Positions 49,800-59,254 of a stretch of DNA of 64,000 nt are shown here, piece by piece. Source of the DNA: Paludibacter sp. (lineage in GTDB: Bacteria; Bacteroidota; Bacteroidia; Bacteroidales; Paludibacteraceae). The position numbers and the translations under genes were made by a program. The stretch is taken from positions 88,028 to 152,027 of the forward strand of contig JARLGX010000008.1 in NCBI GenBank assembly GCA_031292575.1. Reading direction: 5' to 3'. The notes below the pieces were generated by a model. It saw nothing but the letters and a program-made list of their open reading frames with translations, made no database searches and had not been told where the DNA came from. The first letter of the stretch is position 1. Each line of letters begins with the position of its first letter.

Positions 49800-50990
49800 A
49801 TGAAAAATCTAAAAATATTTATATCGTTGCTTGCAGGACTATTATTGGCGGCCTGTGCTGACGACGCTAAATTGATGATTACAGCAAGTCCTGGTGCGCC
49901 TGTTTTAAGTGCTCCAAGCATGAAGACAACTGCCTATAACAAAGATTCAGCAGCTTATGTGTTGAGTATGGACAGCACAGGATTAGCTGAAATATTTAAA
50001 GGTACTGCTGCAAATTATGGTGTGAACACAACTGTAACTTATAACTTACAAATTGATAAAGCAGGTAATAATTTTGCTAATGCTCAAACTATTACAAACT
50101 CTACTTCGGATTCTTTACCAGTTACTGTAGTGCAGTTATATAATTTGATAACCAGCCCAACAGGACTGAATGCAACTGTAGGTGTTAAATCGAGTTTTGA
50201 TGTGCGGATAATGACAACTATAGGTTCAACAAACAATCCTTCACATCCGCTTTATTCGAATGTGCAAACTATCAAGATAAACCCATTACGTTCTCTTAAA
50301 CCATATACATTGGTAACTCCGAACCCTTGGTATATCATTGGTTTAGCGGATGGTAAATGGTCATATTCAGCAGCAGGTATTGGTGTTTCCATGATTCCGT
50401 TAAGCGTTGTAAGTGGGAATGCTTATAGCAGTGCAGGGGATGGGACATTTACATATACCGGTTATTTTCAAGCGGCTAATGGATTCAAAATAGTTAGTGG
50501 GAAAGCAAGCGACATGGGAACATGGACGAATCAGTGGGGTAGTTCAGATGGGAAACTAACTCCAGTATATATGAGTGGTAGCTCAAGTAATTTTACAGTT
50601 CCATCTGATGGTTACTATACAATAACTTTGAATTCCGTAAGTAACACCTTAACTTTTGCTACTGCAACAGCCCCTACAAAGAGTTTTGCTTCTATGGGCA
50701 TGATTGGCGAATTTAATGGTTGGGGAACTGATGTAGCAATGGCAGCTTCGTTGAAAACCAATAATCATGTTTGGTACGCAACTTATACATTCACATCTGA
50801 TTTCACGCCTCCTGTAGGAAATGGTGGTATGAAATTCAGAGCAAATGGTGCTTGGACCGACAATTGGGGTGCAGGAACTTTCCCAGCTGGCATTGGTTCA
50901 AATGGTGGTACAAATATTCCATTCTTAAAAGGAACTTATATTGCGGTATTAAACGATATCGATGGAAGCTACTTCTTCTTAAAACAATAA
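49800..50990 (+). CDS. SusE/SusF-like outer membrane starch-binding lipoprotein
   Basis: 396-aa ORF with a lipobox (LLAAC), a position downstream of susD, and a C-terminal starch-binding-like module with IGEFNGWG and FRANGAWTDNWG motifs. Confidence 0.8.
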   Translation: MKNLKIFISLLAGLLLAACADDAKLMITASPGAPVLSAPSMKTTAYNKDSAAYVLSMDSTGLAEIFKGTAANYGVNTTVTYNLQIDKAGNNFANAQTITNSTSDSLPVTVVQLYNLITSPTGLNATVGVKSSFDVRIMTTIGSTNNPSHPLYSNVQTIKINPLRSLKPYTLVTPNPWYIIGLADGKWSYSAAGIGVSMIPLSVVSGNAYSSAGDGTFTYTGYFQAANGFKIVSGKASDMGTWTNQWGSSDGKLTPVYMSGSSSNFTVPSDGYYTITLNSVSNTLTFATATAPTKSFASMGMIGEFNGWGTDVAMAASLKTNNHVWYATYTFTSDFTPPVGNGGMKFRANGAWTDNWGAGTFPAGIGSNGGTNIPFLKGTYIAVLNDIDGSYFFLKQ

Positions 50991-50995
50991 ATTTA

Positions 50996-51028
50996 AAAGA
51001 GTTCTGTTCAAATCGGACAGAACTCTTT
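50996..51028 (+). terminator. Hairpin terminator after the susE-like gene
   Basis: 12-bp stem AAAGAGTTCTGT/ACAGAACTCTTT. A second hairpin (TCACGGG...CCCGTGA) follows at about 51058-51086. Confidence 0.55.
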
Positions 51029-51186
51029 ACAAAAACTTACTGATTTATATTCTCAATTTCACGGGTTTTAAAATGCGGCCCGTGAAATTGATTTTTTCTT
51101 ATTTCCATTTCAACTCTTCTCCTTTAATCCCTAAAGGCAATCTAATCTCTACAACTTTCATTTTTTAAATAAAATCCTATACAATA

Positions 51187-54021
51187 ATGAAAAAGAATCT
51201 ACTTTTTATTATTTTTCAGTTCCTAATTGGCTTTCTTTCAGCACAAGTAGTTACAACAAGCCCTTCTATTGTTGTTCAACAAACAGGTACCGCTATAACT
51301 GTAACTTTTGATGATTCGTATATTACCGCACTTAATGGAAATGCAGGACCTCTCTATGTTCATACAGGGGTTATTACTACTGCCAGTACCAGTAACTCCG
51401 ATTGGAAAAACGTGATTACACCATGGCCAAATGGGACAAATAGTGCTCAGGCAAATACTACTGCTAACAAACTCACACAGGTAGGAACCACTACAAAATG
51501 GACATTAACAATGTCTGATATTAATACCTATTATAGCCTTACCGCTGGTACAATTGTCACGCAGTTAGCATTCGTTGTTCGCACTGCCGATGGTTCACTT
51601 CAAAGCAGCAACTTGTACGTTCCGGTATATCAACCGGGATTAAACGTAAAATTAGCTACTCCTACTACAAATACCTTAGTACCGCTGAGTACTGCCACTA
51701 CTATTACCGGTAATGCATCAAATGGTTCACAATCATGCAACATCAGCCTATATGTAGGCAGCACCAGTACATCCAATATTACCGGTACTACTCCAATTAT
51801 ATCGGGCACAGGGGTTAACACACTTAGTACTAATTATACTTTCAATACGGCAGACAATTATTACATTATCGAACAAGCCACATCAAATGGCTCAACAAAA
51901 ACTGACACTGCTTATGTCTGTGTTACAAAACCTCAGGTTTCCTTAGCTCGTCCTTCGGGGCTTAAAGAGGGAATTACAATTAATTCGGATGGATCAGTTA
52001 CTTTTTGCTTGTCGTTAGTTAGAGGAGCACCTGTAAATGCAACTTCTGTGGTCTATTTATTAGGCGATTTCAATAATTTCAAATTGGACAATAAGTACAT
52101 GATGAATCTTCAACTTGAAAACACTACTTATGGTTATAATACAAATTTTTATTGGTTAACTGTAAGCGGGCTTGATCCAACCAAAGAATATGCCTATCAA
52201 TATTATGTAGATGGACTGACAGCTACCAGTGCCATTCGAGTTGGGGATCCATATTGCGAAAAAATTCTTGATCCGAATAATGACCAATATATTAATCAGA
52301 ACAACTTGATTTATCCAAATTTAAGGACATATCCTACTCAAGCGAGTGGAATTCTGTCCTGCTTTCAAATTAATCCAACAAAATATCAGTGGCAAACTAC
52401 TAATTTTACTGCACCTGCCCAAAACAAACTTATGATTTACGAAATGCTGTTTCGTGATTTTACAACTCAAGGGTCGGTCCAGGCTGCCATTCAAAAGTTA
52501 GATTACATTAAATCACTCGGCATGAATGCTGTTGAATTAATGCCAATTATGGAATTTGATGGAAATAACAGTTGGGGTTACAATCCGAACTTTTACTTTG
52601 CACCAGATAAGGCGTACGGTACAAAATCAGATTATCAGCAATTTGTAGATGAATGCCATAAAAGAGGAATGGCTGTAATTCTGGACATTGTATTTAATCA
52701 TACCTGGGGATTAAGTCCGTATTGCATGATTTATTGGGATGCAGTTAACAACAGACCTCTGACAACTAATCCTTATTATAATGCAATTGCTCCTCACCCA
52801 TACAGTGTTGGTAATGACTTAAATCATAGCCGCTCCTTTGTGCGATCTTGGTTAAAAAGGGCTTTGCAATTCTGGCTCACAGAATATAAAGTGGATGGTT
52901 TTCGCTTCGATCTAAGTAAAGGTTTTACTCAAACTCAGAGTACTACGGCAACTGTTGGGAATTACGATGCGTCGCGCATAAGTTATATTAAAGAATATTC
53001 TGATGCTATCAAAGCAGTTAATCCAAATGGGTATCCTATTTTAGAACATTTTTGCAACACTGATGAAGAAGATACGTTAGCAAACTATCATAATACTATG
53101 TTGTGGAGGAATATGTCCGGAGCATATCAACAAGCTGCCATGGGCTTTTCAACTAACAGTGATTTCACGGGCATGGTTGGGAAAAATCGTGTTGGTTATG
53201 CTGAGAGTCACGATGAAGAAAGAATGGCTTATAAAGCCGTAACTTATGGTCAAACAGCACTATTAGATACTACAACTGCTATGAAACAATTATCAGTTAT
53301 TGCTCCATTTATATTTTTAAACCCTGGTCCAAGAATGATGTGGCAATTTGGTGAATTGGGATATTCATATTCTATTCTGTACAACGGTGGAAATACAAGT
53401 CCTAAACCAGTTCGCTGGGATTACTTGAACATTCCTAGCCGTTTGGCTTTGCATGATGTCTATTCGAAAGTTATAAATTTCAGAGATCAATACAGTGATT
53501 TATTTTCTAATCCTACAAGTTGGAACTGGCAAGTCACTACAACAGATTGGACAAATGGTCGTAGAATTTATTTGACGAATGGTTCATTAAATGTCGTAAT
53601 TTTAGGCAACTTTACAGGAACCGGAGCAATAACTGCCAATCCGAATTTTCCAAAAACCGGAACTTGGTATGAACTATTGTCGGGCAATCAGTTAAATGTC
53701 ACCAATACCTCTACGCCAATAACAATGCAACTGGGCGATTTACTGATTTATACTGATCAACAAATTACTCTACCCACAGGTTTAAACAATCCGGTGGTTC
53801 AGAGTAGTGCTACTGTTTTCCCAACCGTAACAAGTGGTTTTGTTTATATAACATCTTCAGGAACTGTTCAAACTGTAAATATTTACAGCCTACAAGGTTC
53901 ATTATTGAAAGCAGTCTCAAATAGTACAACAGTTGATTTTTCAAAATTGACTTCAGGAGTATATATTATGGAAGTAAATACATCTGCCGGAAGGAGCATA
54001 CATAAGATTATCAAACAATAA
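51187..54021 (+). CDS. Secreted GH13 alpha-amylase with a T9SS type A C-terminal sorting domain
   Basis: 944-aa ORF with a signal peptide. GH13 regions are DIVFNHTW, DGFRFDLSKG, ILEHF and AESHDEERM. The last ~80 aa (VFPTVTSGFVYITSS...VNIYSLQGSLLK...GVYIMEVNTSAGRSIHKIIKQ) match the T9SS CTD pattern. Confidence 0.9.
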   Translation: MKKNLLFIIFQFLIGFLSAQVVTTSPSIVVQQTGTAITVTFDDSYITALNGNAGPLYVHTGVITTASTSNSDWKNVITPWPNGTNSAQANTTANKLTQVGTTTKWTLTMSDINTYYSLTAGTIVTQLAFVVRTADGSLQSSNLYVPVYQPGLNVKLATPTTNTLVPLSTATTITGNASNGSQSCNISLYVGSTSTSNITGTTPIISGTGVNTLSTNYTFNTADNYYIIEQATSNGSTKTDTAYVCVTKPQVSLARPSGLKEGITINSDGSVTFCLSLVRGAPVNATSVVYLLGDFNNFKLDNKYMMNLQLENTTYGYNTNFYWLTVSGLDPTKEYAYQYYVDGLTATSAIRVGDPYCEKILDPNNDQYINQNNLIYPNLRTYPTQASGILSCFQINPTKYQWQTTNFTAPAQNKLMIYEMLFRDFTTQGSVQAAIQKLDYIKSLGMNAVELMPIMEFDGNNSWGYNPNFYFAPDKAYGTKSDYQQFVDECHKRGMAVILDIVFNHTWGLSPYCMIYWDAVNNRPLTTNPYYNAIAPHPYSVGNDLNHSRSFVRSWLKRALQFWLTEYKVDGFRFDLSKGFTQTQSTTATVGNYDASRISYIKEYSDAIKAVNPNGYPILEHFCNTDEEDTLANYHNTMLWRNMSGAYQQAAMGFSTNSDFTGMVGKNRVGYAESHDEERMAYKAVTYGQTALLDTTTAMKQLSVIAPFIFLNPGPRMMWQFGELGYSYSILYNGGNTSPKPVRWDYLNIPSRLALHDVYSKVINFRDQYSDLFSNPTSWNWQVTTTDWTNGRRIYLTNGSLNVVILGNFTGTGAITANPNFPKTGTWYELLSGNQLNVTNTSTPITMQLGDLLIYTDQQITLPTGLNNPVVQSSATVFPTVTSGFVYITSSGTVQTVNIYSLQGSLLKAVSNSTTVDFSKLTSGVYIMEVNTSAGRSIHKIIKQ

Positions 54022-54044
54022 ATTTCCATAGTTAGAAAACATTG

Positions 54045-54083
54045 AATCAGGAATTTGCTTAGATGCAGGTTCCTGATTTTTTT
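54045..54083 (+). terminator. Rho-independent terminator of the T9SS amylase gene
   Basis: Stem AATCAGGAA/TTCCTGATT followed by T-run. Confidence 0.75.
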
Positions 54084-54120
54084 ATCAGGATTTTCTGACA
54101 CAGTTTATTGAATAGACCCA

Positions 54121-54442
54121 AGTTGCGAGGACAATGTTACCGTGCAAAGTCCTCTTCACGGAAGTTTTGAGGACAATGTTACCGTACAAAGTCCTCTTTC
54201 CCGAGGTTGTGAGGACGATGTTACCGTGCAAAGTCCTCTTCACCAAAGTTGTGAGGACGATGTAACCGTACAAAGTCCTCTTTCCCGAGGTTGTGAGGAC
54301 GATGTAATCGTGCAAAGTCCTCTTCACGGAAGTTGTGAGGACGATGTAACCGTACAAAGTCCTCTTCACCAAAGTTTTGAGGACGATGTAACCGTGCAAA
54401 GTCCTCTTCACTGAAGTTTTGAGGACGATGTAACCGTGCAAA
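54121..54442. repeat. Imperfect tandem array, about 7.7 copies of a 42-bp unit, each containing the inverted repeat GAGGAC-N16-GTCCTC
   Basis: Units start at 54121, 54163, 54205, 54247, 54289, 54331, 54373 and 54415 (the last is partial). There is a conserved core of about 34 nt plus a variable linker of about 8 nt. The array is richer in G+C than its surroundings. Confidence 0.9.
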
Positions 54443-54514
54443 AGAGTCATAAGAGACAGAAAGAAGCTGCAAAAAGACTTTTCAAATTAAAACAACGAGA
54501 GAAGTGTGTTTGAG

Positions 54515-54555
54515 AAAACAAAAAAGCTCCCTGATTTTTTAATTCAGGGAGCTTT
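54515..54555 (-). terminator. Rho-independent terminator of the S41 peptidase gene
   Basis: 12-bp stem AAAGCTCCCTGA/TCAGGGAGCTTT, with a T-run downstream on the minus strand. Confidence 0.7.
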
Positions 54556-54577
54556 AATTAAGCAATCATCTTGTGGA

Positions 54578-56173
54578 TTATTTTTTGTTCAAATGTTCCA
54601 AAGCAACTTTCACCGTTTTATCGTCTTTGTACAATAAAGGATAGAAGCCCGAATCACCTAATGTATTTCTGGATATGTAAGCTTTTAACTGAAGGAGTAA
54701 AAATCTCTTTGAAATGTTGATTTGTTTTGGGTTTGCCGCGATTCCCTTTGTAGTGACATAATGCACAAAATCAGTCAGTAGATTCTGAGCATCTAAGTAC
54801 TTATCCATTTGTTGCCACGTTTTTTGTGTCTTTAATACGGCTCTATTTTTATCCGAATATTGAAAAGCAAATTGATACAAATAGCCATAATTAATGACTT
54901 TATTGAGGTACGGTGTATATTCAGAAGTATCGCGTGGCACAAAAATATCAGGCATAATTCCACCTCCTCCATAAACAGTACGTCCACCTACAGTTTTGTA
55001 TTTCAACTTATTTGCTGAATGGATGCTATCTTTACTATCAATCTCACCATGCAAGTATCGATTCACAATATCCATTTCATAATCCTTTGCATCTCCTTTT
55101 ACGTAAGGTTTTTGAATACTTCGTCCTGATGGAGTGTAATAACGGGCCACTGTCAAACGTACAGCCGAACCGTCGGACAAAGGTATTTGTTGCTGAACTA
55201 ACCCTTTACCAAATGAGCGCCGACCAATTATCAGACCTCTATCATTATCCTGGATTGCACCAGAGAAAATTTCACTTGCCGAAGCAGAAAATTCATCAAT
55301 TAGGACTTCCATCGGTAAATTTATGCAGCTACCTTTACCATCCGATTTAGCCTCGGCTCGTGGATACGCTTTCCCTTTAGAATAAACAATCATTCTTCCA
55401 GCAGGCAAGAACTCATTTACCATATTCACAGCCTGATCCATAAATCCACCACTATTTTCACGTAAATCTATAATGTATTTTTTTGCACCCTGACTTCGTA
55501 ATCGAGTAATAGCTGTTAAGAACTCAGAGTACGTTGTTTCAGCAAATTTGCTTACTTTTATAAAGCCAACCTGCGGTTCAATCATATAAGCAATATCGAC
55601 TGAATTAACCGGAATCTCTCCCCGTGTAATTGAATAGCGTAATATTTCTTTTGTTCCATGTCTTCTTATTCCTAGTTCTACTTTGGTTCCATCTTTACCA
55701 CGAAGTTTTTTCATAACCTTTTCGTTGGTTATCTTTTTACCAACAAAAGTAGAATCATTCACCTTAACAATTCGGTCACCAGCTAATAAACCAACCTTTT
55801 CAGACGGACCACCACTAACAACCGACACAATCATTACCGTGTCATTTTGAATATTAAACTGCACACCAATTCCACTAAAACTTCCTTGTAATTCACTATT
55901 TACATCAGCCAAATCAGAAGCAGGGATGTAAACTGTATGGGGATCGAGTTTCGACACCATATCAGTTGCCATTTCTTCGGTCATCTCCTTAATATTCACG
56001 GTGTCAACATACTGTGAATTTATGATTGAAAGTAATTCATCCAATTTACTATGAGATAACAACCGTGATAATCCTGCACCATTGGCTCTTTTTGAAATTA
56101 AATTTCCAAGCAATATACCGCCAAAAATGGAAAGAAATATAACTAATACAAGTACTAAATTTTTTTTTTTCAT
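54578..56173 (-). CDS. S41 family C-terminal processing peptidase
   Basis: PDZ segment (GLLAGDRIVKVND), catalytic-region motifs (DEFSASASEIFSGA, GRRSFGKG). The start is set at ATG 56173 (MKKKNLVLV...) because the ORF-track start at 56194 is a TTG. Confidence 0.88.
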   Translation of the reverse strand: MKKKNLVLVLVIFLSIFGGILLGNLISKRANGAGLSRLLSHSKLDELLSIINSQYVDTVNIKEMTEEMATDMVSKLDPHTVYIPASDLADVNSELQGSFSGIGVQFNIQNDTVMIVSVVSGGPSEKVGLLAGDRIVKVNDSTFVGKKITNEKVMKKLRGKDGTKVELGIRRHGTKEILRYSITRGEIPVNSVDIAYMIEPQVGFIKVSKFAETTYSEFLTAITRLRSQGAKKYIIDLRENSGGFMDQAVNMVNEFLPAGRMIVYSKGKAYPRAEAKSDGKGSCINLPMEVLIDEFSASASEIFSGAIQDNDRGLIIGRRSFGKGLVQQQIPLSDGSAVRLTVARYYTPSGRSIQKPYVKGDAKDYEMDIVNRYLHGEIDSKDSIHSANKLKYKTVGGRTVYGGGGIMPDIFVPRDTSEYTPYLNKVINYGYLYQFAFQYSDKNRAVLKTQKTWQQMDKYLDAQNLLTDFVHYVTTKGIAANPKQINISKRFLLLQLKAYISRNTLGDSGFYPLLYKDDKTVKVALEHLNKK

Positions 56174-56289
56174 ATTTTTTTTTGTAATTTTCAAATTAGC
56201 TGAAAGAGCAAGTTTGTAAAATTTAAAATGAAAGAAAATCGGTTTTAAAATTCAAGTATCTTTCATACAATCATTTACACTTTATCTCT

Positions 56290-56712
56290 TCAAACTTCAT
56301 CAATAAATATAATTTCAATCCCAGCTCGTTGAAGTAATTCAACTCCATCCATTATGCGGTATTTCTCCCCGTAGACAACACGTTTAATCCCTGCCTGAAT
56401 TATTAATTTGGAACATTCTATACAAGGCGATGCTGTTACATATAAAGTTGCATTATCGCTACTGTTATGAGAGCGTGCCACTTTGCTTATTGCATTTGCT
56501 TCAGCATGTAAAACATAAGGTTTAGACACATTGTTTTCATCCTCACATTTATTTTCGAAACCAGAAGGGGTTCCATTATAACCATCCGAAATAATCATTT
56601 GGTTTTTTACTAGCAACGCTCCAACTTTTCTACGCTCACAATACGAGTTTTCAGCCCATATTCTTGCCATCCGCATATAACGGTTATCTAATAATTTTTG
56701 TTTTTCAGTCAT
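56290..56712 (-). CDS. dCMP deaminase (ComEB-type deoxycytidylate deaminase)
   Basis: 140-aa ORF with HAEANAI and PCIECSKLI zinc-binding motifs. Confidence 0.88.
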   Translation of the reverse strand: MTEKQKLLDNRYMRMARIWAENSYCERRKVGALLVKNQMIISDGYNGTPSGFENKCEDENNVSKPYVLHAEANAISKVARSHNSSDNATLYVTASPCIECSKLIIQAGIKRVVYGEKYRIMDGVELLQRAGIEIIFIDEV

Positions 56713-56773
56713 TTTAAAATTCTTGAATTGGATATTTGTTAACTTGCATTATAGTCTTGTGAACTTGCAAATA

Positions 56774-58141
56774 CTATATTTTAAAAAGTTCATTGGCAAA
56801 TTCAGTCAAATTAACACCCGAAAAATTACCTGAAGTCATCAATAATAAAGCGGAATTATCATAATTCAATTCCCGGAGTTTATTTTGCAAAGCTTCAGAA
56901 TTTGTGAAGACTATTAAATTACTACCACCAAAAGCCATTTTGACCTGTTCAGGATCAATTTCTTTCAGCCGCTTATGTTGAATTACTTCCGGGTTGTAAT
57001 AAACAAAAGCAATATCAGCTTCATCCATACATCCCGAATATTGAGGAAGAAAATTTTCAGTCAAACTACTAAAAGTATGCAATTCCATGCAAGCAACCAA
57101 TCTGCGGTCGGGATATTGATGTTTTACAGCTTTAACTGTTGCCCTAAGTTTGGAAGGCGAATGCGCAAAATCTTTAAAAGCCACTGAGTTTGCTGTTTCA
57201 GCTATTTTTTGAAGCCTGTTGGAAGCTCCGGGGAATTCGGAAATTACAGAATAAAATTGTTCATCAGTCACACCTATTTGCTTACAGGCAAGTCGGGCAG
57301 CATTCATATTTTGCAAATTATGTTCGCCAAAAACCTTTAAAGGCACATCTCCATATTTAGTAATCAGATAAGTAACACCTTGTTTTACTACATATTCCGG
57401 TGTGTTATAGGGAAATGGTACAATATCCCGACGTAAATGCGATGCAATTTCATTCAGATTTTCATCACCATCAAAATAAATCAAGCGACCTTGCATTTCC
57501 ATTAAATCGGCAAATTGTTTAAATTGCTCAACATAATTATCAAACGTAGGAAAAACATTGATATGATCCCATGCAATACCCGTAAGTACAGCAATATGAG
57601 GTTTATATAAATGAAATTTTGGACGACGATCTATCGGTGAAGTTAAATACTCATCGCCCTCAAAAACTGCAATCCTCGATTCGTAAGAAAGCCTTACCAT
57701 ATTATCGAAACCTTCAATTTGTGCACCTACCATGTAGTCAACATCAATTTTAAGTTTCTTTAAAACAAACAATATCATTGCTGTAGTTGTTGTTTTGCCA
57801 TGACTTCCACCTACTACAATGCGGGTTTTGCTGCGGGTTTGCTGGAACAGATATTCAGGAAATGAATAAATATTGAGACCAAGTTCTTTTGCCCGAATTA
57901 GTTCAGGGTTATCTTCGGTGGCATGCATTCCAAGGATTACTGCACGTAAACCTTTATGTATTCGGTCAGGGAACCAACCCATTTTGTCAGGCAATAAGCC
58001 ATTTTCTTTTAACCGACTTAAAGATGGTTCAAAAATTTCATCATCCGAACCGGTAACTTGAAAATTTTCCTTTTTGCTGATAGCAATAGCTAAGTTGTGC
58101 ATGGCTGCTCCACCTATTGCAATAAAATGAACACGTTGCAT
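56774..58141 (-). CDS. Mur ligase family protein, Mpl-like (UDP-N-acetylmuramate:L-Ala-gamma-D-Glu-meso-DAP ligase)
   Basis: The start is set at ATG 58141 (MQRVHFIAIGGAAMHNLA). Contains the Mur ligase P-loop GGSHGKTTTT. Length is about 455 aa. Confidence 0.75.
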   Translation of the reverse strand: MQRVHFIAIGGAAMHNLAIAISKKENFQVTGSDDEIFEPSLSRLKENGLLPDKMGWFPDRIHKGLRAVILGMHATEDNPELIRAKELGLNIYSFPEYLFQQTRSKTRIVVGGSHGKTTTTAMILFVLKKLKIDVDYMVGAQIEGFDNMVRLSYESRIAVFEGDEYLTSPIDRRPKFHLYKPHIAVLTGIAWDHINVFPTFDNYVEQFKQFADLMEMQGRLIYFDGDENLNEIASHLRRDIVPFPYNTPEYVVKQGVTYLITKYGDVPLKVFGEHNLQNMNAARLACKQIGVTDEQFYSVISEFPGASNRLQKIAETANSVAFKDFAHSPSKLRATVKAVKHQYPDRRLVACMELHTFSSLTENFLPQYSGCMDEADIAFVYYNPEVIQHKRLKEIDPEQVKMAFGGSNLIVFTNSEALQNKLRELNYDNSALLLMTSGNFSGVNLTEFANELFKI

Positions 58142-58342
58142 AAGCTTGGAAGATGAATGATTTTTGTTATTTTTGTAATGAATTTTATTAAAACGCAAAT
58201 GTACTAAAAAGTTTGTCAAGTTTGGAAGTTCATAAAGTTTGTAAAGTAAAAAGTTCGAAAAGTTCGAAATTTTAAATCTCTTTCACTTTTAAAACTTGTT
58301 GTTTTGTAATCCTTTTTTTCAATTAACTTTTACTTTTAAAAA

Positions 58343-59170
58343 ATGAAATTATTTAAAATTGAAGCCGGTTCTTTTCATGTTGATGGTGGAGCAGTGTTTG
58401 GAGTTGTCCCCAAAAGAGTTTGGCAAAAACGTTATGAATGCGACGAGGAGAATTTCTGTCAGCTAAACATGCGTTGTTTGTTAATTGACACAGGCAATAG
58501 ATTAATACTAATTGACACAGGGTCAGGCGACAAGCAATTAGATTATTTAAAGTACTATGATTTCAAAAAGATTATAAACTTCGAAACTGAATTAAACAAG
58601 CTTGGATATCATTGTTCTGATATAACGGATGTTGTGCTTACACATTTGCATTTTGATCATTGCGGTGGGTGCACAAAATACAACTTTGATAATTCAAAAA
58701 CGGAACTTACTTTTCAAAATGCTACGCATTGGGTTGGAGAAACCCAATGGAAAAATTTTCTCAGCCCAAATGTAAGGGAAGGTGATTCATATTTTCCAGA
58801 AAATATGATACCTGTTCAACAAGCAGGAAAATTACAATTAGTAACTGAGAACCAATGGATTTGTCCAGAAGTGGAAATTCGAATCTTTAACGGTCATACA
58901 GTTGGGCAATTGGTAAGTTATATCCATTCAGATACGAAAACCTATGTATATGTTGGCGATGTAATTCCGATTGCTGCGACAGTGCCTGTTTCGTGGATTT
59001 CAGCTTATGATACCTATCCTATTACTGCAATGGATGAAAAGAAAATATTACTTGACGAAGCGGTTGAAAAACAGCAAATTCTTTTTTTTGAGCATGATGC
59101 TTATACCGAATGCTGCACCGTAAAAGAAGCTTATGGAAAATATCGGGTAAACGAAAGTTTTTCACTTTAA
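58343..59170 (+). CDS. MBL-fold metallo-hydrolase
   Basis: 275-aa ORF with the HLHFDHCGG motif and later His/Asp ligands (NGHTVG, GDVIP). Confidence 0.85.
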   Translation: MKLFKIEAGSFHVDGGAVFGVVPKRVWQKRYECDEENFCQLNMRCLLIDTGNRLILIDTGSGDKQLDYLKYYDFKKIINFETELNKLGYHCSDITDVVLTHLHFDHCGGCTKYNFDNSKTELTFQNATHWVGETQWKNFLSPNVREGDSYFPENMIPVQQAGKLQLVTENQWICPEVEIRIFNGHTVGQLVSYIHSDTKTYVYVGDVIPIAATVPVSWISAYDTYPITAMDEKKILLDEAVEKQQILFFEHDAYTECCTVKEAYGKYRVNESFSL

Positions 59171-59188
59171 ATATACAAACAAAAAAAA

Positions 59189-59221
59189 GAAATCAATGGA
59201 GTTTTGTAGCTCCATGATTTC
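59189..59221. terminator. Hairpin terminator between the convergent MBL hydrolase and ABC ATPase genes
   Basis: Stem GAAATCAATGGAG/CTCCATGATTTC with one bulge, preceded by an A8 run that reads as a T-run for the minus-strand gene. Confidence 0.55.
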
Positions 59222-59254
59222 CTTTAAATGTCAATTTTGGTCTTTAAATTAGTT

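Noticed and set aside
54121-54442. The 42-bp repeat array as a CRISPR array
   Set aside because: The period is only 42 bp. The variable part is about 8 nt, far too short for spacers, and its variants recur between units. There is no leader-like region and no cas gene anywhere in the 64 kb.
54085-54472. Three overlapping ORFs (121, 90 and 83 aa) in the repeat array as protein genes
   Set aside because: They are open simultaneously only because a 42-nt (3x14) unit without stop codons is iterated. Most inter-unit substitutions are non-synonymous in every frame. I kept this only as one hypothesis under the repeat finding and did not annotate it as CDS.
58200-58342. Reiterated AAAGTT/AAAGTTCGAA motifs in the divergent Mpl-like/MBL promoter region as a repeat element
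   Set aside because: These are short, degenerate A-tract-like repeats typical of curved AT-rich promoter DNA. They have no defined unit or phasing beyond one tandem AAAGTTCGAA pair.
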